Source of the DNA: a bacterium
Lineage (GTDB): Bacteria > UBA8248 > JACPRG01 > G963555815
DNA length: 64,000 nucleotides
Direction: 5' to 3'
Assembly: GCA_965261595.1 (NCBI GenBank)
Contig: CBDHDG010000007.1
Span: 1,280,001 to 1,344,000, forward strand
In this document: positions 10,177 through 20,484 of the stretch, one piece after another
Layout of the letters: each line of letters begins with the position of its first letter
How positions within the stretch are numbered: the first letter of the stretch is position 1
Position numbers and translations under genes: made by a program
Notes under the pieces: model-generated
Told to the model about the DNA's origin: nothing
Seen by the model: the letters and a program-made list of their open reading frames with translations, nothing else
Database searches by the model: none

Positions 10177-11346
10177 TTACAAATATACTTCCTGTGCGGC
10201 CGCCATTCCCGCGCCCGGCTGTGTCGGACGAAGGCCCGCTTCCGTCAACAAGGTTTCCAGGACCGAAAGCAGGTACAAGACGTTGCTGCGATTCGAGGCG
10301 TAGCCCATCATGCCGATTCGCCACGTATCCCCCTTCAGGGGTCCGAGGCCCCCGCCGATCTCGATATTGAACTCATTCAACAGCCGGCCCCGGAACCCGG
10401 CGTCATCGACGCCCTCGGGAACCCGAACCGTGGTGAGGGATGGCAGGCGGCGACCCGCCTCGGCGTGCAGAACCAGACCCAGCGCCTCCAGGCCGGCGCA
10501 CAGCGCGGAGCCGTTCAACGCATGCCGCGCCCAGCGCGCCTCAAGCCCTTCCTCCTTGACGATTCGAAGGGCCTCTTGCATCGCGTACACCATGGACATC
10601 GGGCCGGTGTGGTGATAGACGTGCGCCTCCCCCCAGTATTCCTTGATGAGCGACAGGTCCAGGTAGTAGGAGGCGGGCGGCGTCTTCCGCTCGGCGACCA
10701 CGCCCAAGGCCCGGTCGCTGATGGTGACCGGCGCCAAGCCGGGAGGCACGCCGAGACACTTCTGGGATCCGCTGTAGCAGATATCGATTCCCCAATCGTC
10801 CACGGCCAGCTCCACCCCGCCGACCGAGGTCACTGCGTCCACCAGGAGCAGGATTCCGTGTTCCCGGCAGAGCGCGCCGATCTCCTGGAGGGGTTGGAGG
10901 GCGCCGGTGGAGGTTTCGGCGTGGACGATGGCCAGGAACTTTGCGTCCGGGTTGGCTTTGAGGGCCTCCCCGATGGTTTCTGGGTCGAACGCCTTGCCCC
11001 ATTCCTGGTCCAACCGGACAATCTCGGCCCCGTAGCGCTCGGCCATCTCGCACATCCGGGTCCCGAAGAAGCCGAGGACCGCGATGATGACCTTGTCGCC
11101 CGGTTCGATGAGCGTGCCGAAGCAGGCGTCCATGCCGGAGAACCCGGTTCCTTGAACGGGGAAGGTCGCTGTGTTCTTTGTCTGGAGCGTATCCCTCAAG
11201 TTCTGGGCCACCTCGTTCATGATGTTCAGGTAGGCCGGGTCCAGATATCCGATCATGGGCTGGTTCATCGCGCGGAGCACGCGCGGATCGGCCATGCTGG
11301 GACCGGGGCCCAGCAGGATTCTTTCGGGGATGGCTGCGGGCGTCAT
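10177..11346 (-). CDS. Alanine-glyoxylate / serine-pyruvate aminotransferase (class V PLP)
   Basis: [32 protein letters not shown]. Confidence 0.93.
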   Translation of the reverse strand: MTPAAIPERILLGPGPSMADPRVLRAMNQPMIGYLDPAYLNIMNEVAQNLRDTLQTKNTATFPVQGTGFSGMDACFGTLIEPGDKVIIAVLGFFGTRMCEMAERYGAEIVRLDQEWGKAFDPETIGEALKANPDAKFLAIVHAETSTGALQPLQEIGALCREHGILLLVDAVTSVGGVELAVDDWGIDICYSGSQKCLGVPPGLAPVTISDRALGVVAERKTPPASYYLDLSLIKEYWGEAHVYHHTGPMSMVYAMQEALRIVKEEGLEARWARHALNGSALCAGLEALGLVLHAEAGRRLPSLTTVRVPEGVDDAGFRGRLLNEFNIEIGGGLGPLKGDTWRIGMMGYASNRSNVLYLLSVLETLLTEAGLRPTQPGAGMAAAQEVYL

Positions 11347-11442
11347 CGAACCTCTCCTTGCGTCTATTCTTTCCGGTTGCATTTTTCCGTGGATGACTTT
11401 CCCTATTTATGATAGCTCAGCGGCGCGTCCGGGGCAAAGCGT

Positions 11443-12675
11443 TCACGGCGCTGGCCCAAGGAATTTTTTCGCCACGGCGTCGGCCAACAGCCTTCCGGAA
11501 TCGGACAGCCGAATGCGGCTCCCATCCTGAATGAGTCGGCCGTCGTCCACCATCTCCCTGAGGGGGCCGGCGAAATCCTCCAGGGGCCGCGACCCGGTTC
11601 GATCCCCCAGGGCGGCCAGGTCGATTCCCTCCCTGATCCGCAACCCGAGCATGACCGCTTCTCCGGCCGCCCGCCGGGGGGGCAAGCGCTCGGTTTCTTC
11701 CACAGCGTGTCCTTGTTTGAGGACCGAAGCCCGATAATCCTCCGGCAGCCGGACGTTTCGGGACCGCACCCCATTGAGGTAGGAATGGGCGCCCGCCCCG
11801 AGACCGAGGCATTCGCCGCCGGTCCAATCATGGATGTTGTGTCGGCACCGAATTCCCGGCCGGGCGTAGTTGGAGATTTCATAATGCTCATATCCCGCCG
11901 CTTCGAGCTTTTCTTCAGCCCGGAGATGCATTTCGTTCAGCCGGTCTTCGTCCAAGGTGAAGTCCAGGCGTCCGGCGAGGGGGGTTCCGGGCTCCAGGGT
12001 CAGCTCATACGCCGATACATGCGGGGAGGAAAATTCCAAAGCCCCTTCGAGGGATTCTTCCCAGTCCCGAAGGGCCTGGCCCGGCAGGCCGTAGATGAGG
12101 TCGATCGAATAATTTTCAAACCCGGCTTCGCGGACGCAATCGACCGCCCGCCGGGCCGTATGGGCATCGTGCAGCCGCCCGAGAAAGCGAAGCTCCGTGT
12201 TTCGCAGGGATTGAACCCCCAGGCTCAGACGGTTGATTCCCGCTTTCCGGAACGCGCGCAAGCCCTTGGTGGAAACCGTCCCGGGGTTTGCTTCCAGGGT
12301 GATTTCCGTGCTCTGGGACACCGGCAGAAGATTTCCGATCAGGGCGATCATCTCCTCGATCATCTCGGGCGGAGTCAGGGAAGGGGTCCCGCCGCCGAAG
12401 AAGATGGAACCCGCGCTCAAAGGCCGAGCGCCCATCCTTTCGTGGATTTGGCCGAGTCGTCCTTTGAGCTCGGTCTTGAGGGCTGTCTGGTAGTCATCGA
12501 AAAGGCCGGACGGATCTCGGCCGACGGCGTATGCGTTGAAGTCGCAATAGTGACAACGGCTTGGGCAATAGGGCCAATGGATGTAGAGAGATAAGCGGGT
12601 CAATGGCTGAGCTTCAAGGCGCGAGGGGATGTATGGATCGGGCTCATTCCGCGATCGGCGCATCGAATCCGGCAA
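11443..12675 (-). CDS. hemW: Radical SAM heme chaperone HemW (HemN-like); start uncertain
   Basis: LYIHWPYCPSRCHYCDFN, GGGTPS, EANP, YEISNYA. Confidence 0.92.
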   Translation of the reverse strand: MPDSMRRSRNEPDPYIPSRLEAQPLTRLSLYIHWPYCPSRCHYCDFNAYAVGRDPSGLFDDYQTALKTELKGRLGQIHERMGARPLSAGSIFFGGGTPSLTPPEMIEEMIALIGNLLPVSQSTEITLEANPGTVSTKGLRAFRKAGINRLSLGVQSLRNTELRFLGRLHDAHTARRAVDCVREAGFENYSIDLIYGLPGQALRDWEESLEGALEFSSPHVSAYELTLEPGTPLAGRLDFTLDEDRLNEMHLRAEEKLEAAGYEHYEISNYARPGIRCRHNIHDWTGGECLGLGAGAHSYLNGVRSRNVRLPEDYRASVLKQGHAVEETERLPPRRAAGEAVMLGLRIREGIDLAALGDRTGSRPLEDFAGPLREMVDDGRLIQDGSRIRLSDSGRLLADAVAKKFLGPAP

Positions 12676-12917
12676 GAGGTCATTTTTCCGTGTAAGATAG
12701 GGGCCGGGTCAAGGGGTGTCAAACGGCCCGGAAAAGGTCCGGCGCATGGCCGAGATCCGGTGAGTCGATTGTTTGCGTCCGATTTTATTTTCTTTGCATT
12801 GCCTTTACGTGAATGATACATTGACTCTCGGGTGAGTTTCAGTAACCAATGAGCAGCGAATTTCTGCGGATTGGATGGTGGCTGGATATTTAAAATTCTG
12901 AGTGAGGAGACAGCCGC

Positions 12918-13454
12918 ATGTGGTCGAAATCTTCCAGCCGAGAGAAGGCGCCTGAGCAGTCCACGGAGCCGATTGTGACTGTCAGTGAAGCGACCCCTTC
13001 TCCCATTGAGCCTGTGTCCCGGCAGACCGACCTCCAGGTGAAGATTGGCAAAACCATCGTGGTTCGAGGAGAGTTGAGCGGCGGTGAAGACCTGACCATT
13101 GAAGGCCGGGTCGAGGGGAAAATCACCCTGGAAGGACATCATCTCACGGTTGGCGAGACCGGAAACATCGCGGCCGATGTCGTTGCCAACACGGTGACGA
13201 TTATCGGCCGGATGGAAGGGAATCTCTACGCGAAAGAAAGGGCCGAGCTTTCCGAATCGGGCACATTGACCGGCGATATCCGCTCACCTCGCGTGATCAT
13301 CGCCGATGGCGCAAAGTTCAAGGGCTCCGTGGACATGTCCAGCGGAGACGGTTCTTCTTCCGGACTCTCTCTATCGGCTTCCTCGAAGCGCAAGAACGGG
13401 GAGACTCCTCAGAATCGCGAGAGGGAAGATGTCACCGCGCAGAAAGGGTCTTGA
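12918..13454 (+). CDS. Bactofilin (polymer-forming cytoskeletal protein)
   Basis: IGKTIVVRGEL...DLTIEGRVEGKI...GAKFKGSVDM beta-helix. Confidence 0.92.
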   Translation: MWSKSSSREKAPEQSTEPIVTVSEATPSPIEPVSRQTDLQVKIGKTIVVRGELSGGEDLTIEGRVEGKITLEGHHLTVGETGNIAADVVANTVTIIGRMEGNLYAKERAELSESGTLTGDIRSPRVIIADGAKFKGSVDMSSGDGSSSGLSLSASSKRKNGETPQNREREDVTAQKGS

Positions 13455-13564
13455 AGAGGCCGCGGCTGATTCCCCTCCCAATCGTAAAATTCACCTCTAC
13501 GGGAAGTCCTGCCTTGCACCGAATGGGGGATGTCTCCACCCAAAGGTCTGGAGGAGGTTGAGGG

Positions 13565-14329
13565 TTGTCTTTGGGACGCCGCAAGAACGCCCACGGCTGG
13601 AACGATAAGGTCACCAACGAACTCTTCCTCTGGAAAAAGTTGGTCGACGAGGAAGATCCGAAAAACGGTGACTTGTCCGGCTCGGAGGATGAAGAGACAG
13701 GATTCTGGACCTCCAAGGTGATCGGTCCCTTCCTGGAATCGCTCGACCGCCTGGACCGCCCCTCGATTCTCGATCTTGGGCCGGTCACGAACTGCAATGT
13801 CTCCTTCTATGGAGAAATGGGTTGGAAGCTGTACGCCTACGACCTTCTACAGGAATACCGGGAAGCGGTCGAAGAGATCATGGCCGAAGACTCCGAAGAT
13901 GGGCAGGCGGAGACCGACCGGCCGAATCCGATTGAAGATATCCTTCAGCAATTGAACTATGAGCCGGGTTCGTTAAGCGGGATCCTTTGTTGGGATGTCT
14001 TGGACAGGCTCCCCTTGATCTGGACCCGGGAGCTGGTTCGGCGGATCTCATTGGCCCTGGATGAGGGGGGGATGATCCTCTCCATGTTCGGGATGAAAGG
14101 CCTGACCGAGGTTGCCGAGAATCACCGCGGGTTCATGATTCGGGACCAGAACCACCTTGAGCCCATCCCGGACAAGGGAAGAAAACTGGAGCGGTACAAC
14201 TATGGAAATGGCGAGATCATGAGCCTGTTCTCGGGTTTCAAGGTCCTGAAATTCTATGTGATGAAAAACAACGTCCGTGAGATCCTCGTTCAGAAGCAGC
14301 CCCAAGCCAGCCTGAAAGTTTCCGTTTAG
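13565..14329 (+). CDS. Class I SAM-methyltransferase-fold protein
   Basis: ILDLGP, ILCWDVLD, LDEGG; GAGGAGG RBS before a TTG start. Confidence 0.6.
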   Translation: MSLGRRKNAHGWNDKVTNELFLWKKLVDEEDPKNGDLSGSEDEETGFWTSKVIGPFLESLDRLDRPSILDLGPVTNCNVSFYGEMGWKLYAYDLLQEYREAVEEIMAEDSEDGQAETDRPNPIEDILQQLNYEPGSLSGILCWDVLDRLPLIWTRELVRRISLALDEGGMILSMFGMKGLTEVAENHRGFMIRDQNHLEPIPDKGRKLERYNYGNGEIMSLFSGFKVLKFYVMKNNVREILVQKQPQASLKVSV

Positions 14330-14491
14330 CCCGTCTGTCTCGCCACCCATTGATTTTTTCGTCTTATGCATCACGGGGGGGGGCGTCCCGATGTGAGGGG
14401 GAGGGGTGATTTCGGCGGGCTCGCCGTTCCGGCGCACCCGTCGGGCCGGCCGGACCTCGCCTTCTCTGGGCCGAGCCCGAAGGCAGGGCCG

Positions 14492-15181
14492 CTACGAGAT
14501 CCCCGCGAACGCCCGGCAAGGCGCGCCCGTCCCGTGCTTGATCTTGATGGGAACCGCGAAGAACCAAAAATCCTTCCCGATCAGCTCCCCGACGTTTCTG
14601 AGCATCTCGACCATATACACCCGGTTGCTGCCGCAGATTTTCATATGGACGGGCCGGTCCTCGGGTGTGATCTCGGGGGCTTCGACACTGACCAGGTCCA
14701 CGCCGATCAGCCGCAAGCCCCGCTCCAGCACCCAGTCCGCCGCGCCGGCGTCCAGATAGGGCCGCGGGACGGCCTTCTCCGGGTCGTCGAACTTCTCTCC
14801 CCAACCCGTATAGACCAGAATCGCGTCCCCCGGTCTCACCCGGAAGCCCGCCTTCATGCAGCCGGCCTCCAGGTCCTCCCCTGTGATCGCTTCCCACTCC
14901 CCCTTGTGCGACATGTCCACCGCGTGTCCCGGCAGGATGAGCTCCTCGATGGGGATTTCCGCGATCTTCTTCCCCTTGGGGTTGAAGTGGTAGGGTGCGT
15001 CCAGGTGGGTGCCCAGGTGTTCTGTGGCGAAGAAGCAATGACCCTCCAGCGAGACCCGGCCGCCGAACTTTTTCGCCGTCTCCTCGTGGGAGTACCACTT
15101 CCAGAACGTTGTCTTGGGACTGCCGTAGCACGTCATGCCGTCGAAGATCTCGTTGGACAGGTCGACAATTTCCTTGAACAT
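14492..15181 (-). CDS. Cyclase family (kynurenine formamidase-like) metallohydrolase
   Basis: EHLGTHLDAPYHF, VYTGW, IGVD, PIKIKHGTGAPCR. Confidence 0.92.
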   Translation of the reverse strand: MFKEIVDLSNEIFDGMTCYGSPKTTFWKWYSHEETAKKFGGRVSLEGHCFFATEHLGTHLDAPYHFNPKGKKIAEIPIEELILPGHAVDMSHKGEWEAITGEDLEAGCMKAGFRVRPGDAILVYTGWGEKFDDPEKAVPRPYLDAGAADWVLERGLRLIGVDLVSVEAPEITPEDRPVHMKICGSNRVYMVEMLRNVGELIGKDFWFFAVPIKIKHGTGAPCRAFAGIS

Positions 15182-15439
15182 CGGAACCCTCCGGTTGGGT
15201 TGGAAAACGGGGGCGGACACAGGGCGTCCGGTTTTCTCGCAAGAGCGCCAAGCCGATCGACTCATACTTGGCGCGCGCCAATGACGTTTTTATCAGCACG
15301 GGCGCCTTCATCCGCAACCTGGCCGGCGCGCAAGCGCCCCCCCCGGCAATTCGTTGCGAACTTTGGTAAGATTTCCCGGCGGTCTGAGCCGCGCGGCTCC
15401 AAGCATAGATCAACCCGCATCTTCGAGGGAACTTGACCC

Positions 15440-16483
15440 ATGAGAGCGATGGTGCTTCACGAACTTGGCGGGCCGGTTATCCTGGAGGAGCGCGAGCCGC
15501 GTCCGCCGGGACTTGGCGAAGTGTTGGTCAAGATGAAGGCGACGGGCGTGGGCCTCACCGTGGCCATCATGAAGGCCACGGCGGAGCTCGTCACCGAGCT
15601 TCCCCGCATCCCCGGCCACGAGATTGCCGGCGACGTCGTCGAAGTCGGCGAGGGCGTCACGAATGTTCAGCCCGGTGACCGGGTGACGTGTCATTTCTAC
15701 CTGACGTGCGGAAACTGCAAATTTTGCCGGAGAGGGAAAGAGACCCTTTGCGAGAACTGGGAGGGGTACGTCGGCATGGCGTGCGACGGGGGCTACGCGG
15801 AGTACGCGACCCTGCGGGCCCGCAATCTCATCAAGATCCCCGAAGGCGTGTCTTATCGGGACGGCTGCCTCGCCGCGGACGCCATTTGCACGCCGTATCA
15901 CAACTGCCGGGAAGAGGCGCAAATCGGCCCGGGGGACAACGTCCTCATCATCGGCGCGGCCGGGGGCGTGGGCGTTCACGCCGTCCAGATGGCCAAGCTC
16001 ATGGGCGGGCGCGTCATCGCGGCCGACATCAACGAAGAGAAGCTTGAATTCGCCAAGCGACACGGGGCCGACGAAATCATTCTCTCCGGGCGGCAGTCCA
16101 TCCCGGAGGAGGTTCTCCGGCTCACGGACGGACAGGGGGCCGATTCCGCCATCGACTATGTCTCCAACCGGGTCACGTTGGAGGCCTGCATGGCGAGCCT
16201 CGGCAAAATGGGCCGCCTCGTCATCGTCGGCGCCAACCCGAAGCACGTCTTCGGCAAATCCCCCGACTTCACCGTAAACCCGGGGGCCGTCCTGGAGAAG
16301 ATGCTGGAGATCCATGGCTCCCGCTATGCCAACCTGTCGGAGATCGAAGCCACCCTGGAGATCGTCCGGCGGGGCGGGATCCAACCCGTCATCACGGACG
16401 TCGTCGCCCTGGAAGAGATCGAGGCCATCCACGAGAAACTTCTCAACCGGGAGATCTCCGGCCGGGTGGTGGCGGAGTTTTGA
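15440..16483 (+). CDS. Zn-dependent alcohol dehydrogenase (MDR family)
   Basis: PGHEIAG, CGNCKFC...C, GAAGGVG. Confidence 0.93.
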   Translation: MRAMVLHELGGPVILEEREPRPPGLGEVLVKMKATGVGLTVAIMKATAELVTELPRIPGHEIAGDVVEVGEGVTNVQPGDRVTCHFYLTCGNCKFCRRGKETLCENWEGYVGMACDGGYAEYATLRARNLIKIPEGVSYRDGCLAADAICTPYHNCREEAQIGPGDNVLIIGAAGGVGVHAVQMAKLMGGRVIAADINEEKLEFAKRHGADEIILSGRQSIPEEVLRLTDGQGADSAIDYVSNRVTLEACMASLGKMGRLVIVGANPKHVFGKSPDFTVNPGAVLEKMLEIHGSRYANLSEIEATLEIVRRGGIQPVITDVVALEEIEAIHEKLLNREISGRVVAEF

Positions 16484-16534
16484 CAGGCCGCCGGGCGGCG
16501 TCTCCCGGGGGAATACCCAAGGAAGGAAATCAAC

Positions 16535-18094
16535 GTGGCCGTAGCCTTCCGCGTCCAAGCGGGCGCGTATCAGGATTCCGTCAAGCTCATGCGGATCTCC
16601 GCCGCCGGAAGCGAGCGCTTCGGCGTGGAGGTCGCCGTCGCCGTCATGGCGACCGAGACCAACCTGGAGAATCTCGCGGGCGCCGGGTTTGACCCGGCCG
16701 TTGCAGCGGACGCCTCTCCCACCGACCTGATCCTGGCCGCGCGCGCGGACGCCGCCGAGGCCGCCGAGGCGGCCCTCGACGCGATGGAGGCGATGCTTTT
16801 ATCGGCGATCGCCTCGGCCGGGGAGGACGACGCGCGCCCCCGGACGCTGCGCTCGGCCCTCGACCGGCGGCCCGACGCCAATCTCGTCCTGATTTCCGTT
16901 CCCGGACCTTACGTGCGTCGGGAGGCCGAGGCGGCGTTGACCGCCGGCCTCCATTGCATGGTTTTCAGCGATAACGTATCCGTCGAGGACGAAGTCCGCC
17001 TGAAGCGCCTCGCGGAGGAGAAAGGCCTTCTCCTCATGGGGCCCGACTGCGGAACGGCCATCATCGGCGGCAAGGCCCTTGCGTTCGCCAACGTCGTCTC
17101 GGCCGGTCCGGTGGGGATTGTCGGCGCCTCGGGGACGGGGATTCAGGCCGTATCGGTCCTCATCGACCGGCTCGGCTCCGGCGTCAGCCACGCCATCGGG
17201 ACCGGGGGCCGCGACCTCTCCCGGTCCGTCGGCGGCCGGACGATGCTGAGGGGGATCCGGATGCTCGCGGAAGATGAGGCGACGAAGGTCCTGCTCCTGG
17301 TCTCCAAGCCTCCGGACCCCGAGGTCATGAAGCGGGTTCTCCAGGCGGCGTCGGAAACCGGAAAACCGGCTGTGGGGATCTTTCTGGGGGGGGACGCGGC
17401 CGCGGACGCGGCCGCCGGGACCGGGGTTCATGTGGCGGGGGACCTTGAAGAAGCGGCCCGGGCGGCCGTCGCCCTCGCTAGCGGAGAGCGCCCTCCATCG
17501 GCCGGGGCGGAAGCGGCCGCGGAGTGGACGCCCTGGATCGAAGAGGAGCGCCGTCGGCTCGCCCCCGGTCAACGGTTCATCCGCGGACTTTTTTCCGGAG
17601 GGACCCTCTGCGACGAAGCGATGCTCATTCTCGGGGAGCGCCTGGAGCGAATCCACTCCAACATCGCCCTGGAAGAATCCCTTCGATTGGCCAACCCGAA
17701 CCGAAGCGTCGGACACACGGTGGTTGACCTCGGGGAGGATTTTTTTACGCGGGGGCGCCCGCATCCGATGATTGACCCGGGGATGCGGAACGAGCGGATC
17801 CTCCGCGAGGCCGAGGATCCGGAAACGGCTGTTCTGCTGTTGGACGTTGTGCTCGGCCACGGGGCGCATGACGACTCGGGAGGCTCCGCGGCGGCCGCCG
17901 TCCGGGAGGCCGTGAAAGTCGCGGCGAAGGCGGGGCGGGCGCTTGCGGTGGCGGCGTTCGTGTGCGGAACGGAAGGCGACCCTCAGACCCTCTCCGTTCA
18001 GGAGGCCGCGCTGCGGGATGCGGGTGTCAGGGTGTTCCCGACCAATGCCCAGGCAGCCCGATTTTCCGCCGCCCTGGCGGGGATGATCGCGTAA
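16535..18094 (+). CDS. fdrA: Acyl-CoA synthetase FdrA
   Basis: YQDSVKLM, FSDNV, MGPDCGTA, GTGGRDL, GLFSGGTLC, GRPHPMIDP. Confidence 0.93.
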   Translation: MAVAFRVQAGAYQDSVKLMRISAAGSERFGVEVAVAVMATETNLENLAGAGFDPAVAADASPTDLILAARADAAEAAEAALDAMEAMLLSAIASAGEDDARPRTLRSALDRRPDANLVLISVPGPYVRREAEAALTAGLHCMVFSDNVSVEDEVRLKRLAEEKGLLLMGPDCGTAIIGGKALAFANVVSAGPVGIVGASGTGIQAVSVLIDRLGSGVSHAIGTGGRDLSRSVGGRTMLRGIRMLAEDEATKVLLLVSKPPDPEVMKRVLQAASETGKPAVGIFLGGDAAADAAAGTGVHVAGDLEEAARAAVALASGERPPSAGAEAAAEWTPWIEEERRRLAPGQRFIRGLFSGGTLCDEAMLILGERLERIHSNIALEESLRLANPNRSVGHTVVDLGEDFFTRGRPHPMIDPGMRNERILREAEDPETAVLLLDVVLGHGAHDDSGGSAAAAVREAVKVAAKAGRALAVAAFVCGTEGDPQTLSVQEAALRDAGVRVFPTNAQAARFSAALAGMIA

Positions 18095-18347
18095 CCCGAA
18101 TTCCCTTCAAACATTCCAAGCGCCGGTTTGGCAGGGGGCGCGTCCTTCGTGCTTCGCTCACGGCGCGCTTTGAAATCTCTCTCCCCCCCCTCCTCCCCCC
18201 CCACCCCCCCGCCCGCGGGAGTGGGTCTCAGCGGCCCTTCCCGCGGAGGGCGCGGGTTGGGGACCTCATTGAAATCTTTTGTCGGGCGAAAGACGCGCTG
18301 CCGTTTTGTCGAGAGCCGTTTGCGCGCCGGCCGGAAATCCGTGCGCT

Positions 18348-19277
18348 CTACTTGGCCTCCCGCTTCCGCAACGCGGCGATTTGTTTTCGCAACGCGGCGA
18401 TCTCCGCGCTCATCGTGTCGTTGCGATTTTCCAGCTTTCCGATTTCTCGCTTGGCGTCGTCCAGGGCGGCGGCGGCCTTCGTGGCGGCAGCGGCGCGTGC
18501 GCCGAGCTCGGCGGTTTTCGCGCTCAACGCCTCTCCGACGGCCGCGTTGTTTTTGCGCAGCCCGGCGATCGTTTCATTCAGCCCCGCGATGGTTGAACCG
18601 AGCGCGGTCTTTTCCGACCGCAGCTCGGCGGCTTCCCGGTTGACCTTGGCCAGTCCCGTTCGGGACATCGCCAGGGAGTTGTCGGAGCTCCGCAAGAAGG
18701 TCTGAAGCAACTCCACGATTGATTTCTGTGCGGACTCGCGTTCGGCGGCATGACGGTTCGCTTTCGCCAGCTCCGACTCGCGGATTTTCAGCCAGGAGGA
18801 TGTTTTCTTCATCTCGGCGCCGGACTCGGAGAGCTTGGCTCCGGCCTCGGAGAGCTCTTTCCGGCTGGCTTCCAGGGCTCCGGCCAGGCTGCGGTTCTCG
18901 GTCTCACGCGAGTCCAGACGCTCCCGGAGGGTTTTCAGCTGATCTCCGCCGGTTTTCAGTTCATCGCCCCGCGTTTTCAGCAGGGCCTCCCGCGTTTCGA
19001 GCTGTCCCTTCCATTGCGAAAGCTGAGTCGTTTGCTCCTTGATTCGGCTCGCCTGTTTGAGGAGCCGATCCGCCTGGGCCTTCAGTTTTCCTCTCAGGGT
19101 TATCAGCGCGTCCGCCTGCCCTTTTGATTTGGCGGCCTCCGTATTCAGCTTCGCCTCCAAACCCGACACCTGCTTCTCGTAATCGCCCGAGCGTGACGCG
19201 GACCGGGATCCGACAACCGCCAAGGAAATCGCCAGGACTCCGGCCACCGCCCAAGCGACTTTGACGTGTGCACTCAC
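18348..19277 (-). CDS. Membrane-anchored long coiled-coil protein
   Basis: N-terminal hydrophobic helix, then an L/E/K/A heptad-rich region. Confidence 0.7.
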   Translation of the reverse strand: MSAHVKVAWAVAGVLAISLAVVGSRSASRSGDYEKQVSGLEAKLNTEAAKSKGQADALITLRGKLKAQADRLLKQASRIKEQTTQLSQWKGQLETREALLKTRGDELKTGGDQLKTLRERLDSRETENRSLAGALEASRKELSEAGAKLSESGAEMKKTSSWLKIRESELAKANRHAAERESAQKSIVELLQTFLRSSDNSLAMSRTGLAKVNREAAELRSEKTALGSTIAGLNETIAGLRKNNAAVGEALSAKTAELGARAAAATKAAAALDDAKREIGKLENRNDTMSAEIAALRKQIAALRKREAK

Positions 19278-19470
19278 CGCATGCCCTCCTATCTGCAGTT
19301 TTTTTTCCAGAAGATTCGTCGTCCCCTATTCTCCGGCAGAGGGAACAGTCACGTCAAGAAGCTTCTGGGTGAGGTGATGTACCGTTTTGTGTGTAGAAAG
19401 TGTTTTCGGGCAAAAAGAGAGGGTGTACTCTTCCTGGGAGCAAGAAACCCATTTTGGAGGAGCACACCCA

Positions 19471-20263
19471 ATGCAACCGAAGTTGCTTTTTGGGGATAAG
19501 GATTTGGGCCGGGCATTTCAAGAGCTGAATGAGACGTGGGAGGTGGAGTTGCCCATCGAGGCGAGCCTGAAAGGGTTTTTGGAGGGCCTGATGGCCGAGG
19601 AGCGGGCCGTCTACCTGGCGGCCGGGTTCCGGGAGCGCACGCCCAAGCGGCGCGACTGGGCCAACGGCCACTACGTCCGGGACCTGGGGACCGAGGGGGG
19701 GCTGATCCGCGCCCTGCGTGTGCCCCGGGTTCGCGGCGGCGGCTTTCAGAGCCGGGCGTTCGCGCTACCGGCGCCGCCGGGCGGTGGTGGACCGCACGCT
19801 TCGCGATTGCTTCCTGGCCGGGGTGTCCACCCGCCGGGTGGGGGCGTGCGTGAAGGGGTTGTTGGGTGAAGCGGTGAGCGCCTCCACCGTCTCGCGGGTG
19901 TGCACGGCGCTCAGCCGAGACGTTGCGGCGTTCCACGACCGCCCTTTGAGCGACCACTACCGTTGTGTGTTCCTGGATGGCCTGGCTTTCAAGGTGCGCG
20001 GGGCGTCGAGAAGCCGGCGCAAGGTCCTTTTGTGCGCGATGGGCGTCACACTCGCGGGCCGGCGGGAGATCATCGACTTCCGTCTGGCCGACTCGGAGAG
20101 CGAGGCCACGTGGACGAAGTTCCTCGACGACCTCTACCACCGGGGGCTTTTGGGTCACTCCCTTCGCCTCATCATCACCGACGGCAACCCGGGGCTGTTG
20201 GCGGCGCTGGAGGTGGTCTACCCCTTCACGCCCCATCAGCGGTGCTGGTTTCACAAGATGTAA
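19471..20263 (+). pseudogene. IS256-family transposase, frameshifted (~19760), nonsense stop, truncated
   Basis: NGHYVR, LRVPRVR, GVSTRRV, FLDG, ESEATW, ITDG, HQRCWFHK*. Confidence 0.88.
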
Positions 20264-20484
20264 AACGTGGTTAAAATATCTCACCTCGCCAATGGTGCGA
20301 CCGAGAACGCTGTGCTGAGATAAAGTGCTGTAAACATTGAATTTATTTTTCATTATCCCGTCTCTTGCTCCTTGCATTCCCGCCACGCTTGTGCTCAAAT
20401 ACGCACCGATTTGATGCAGCGTGTGTTCTATTTGATTACGGAATTGCATACCGAATCACCATAGAACAAAGGCAAGGAGCGACC

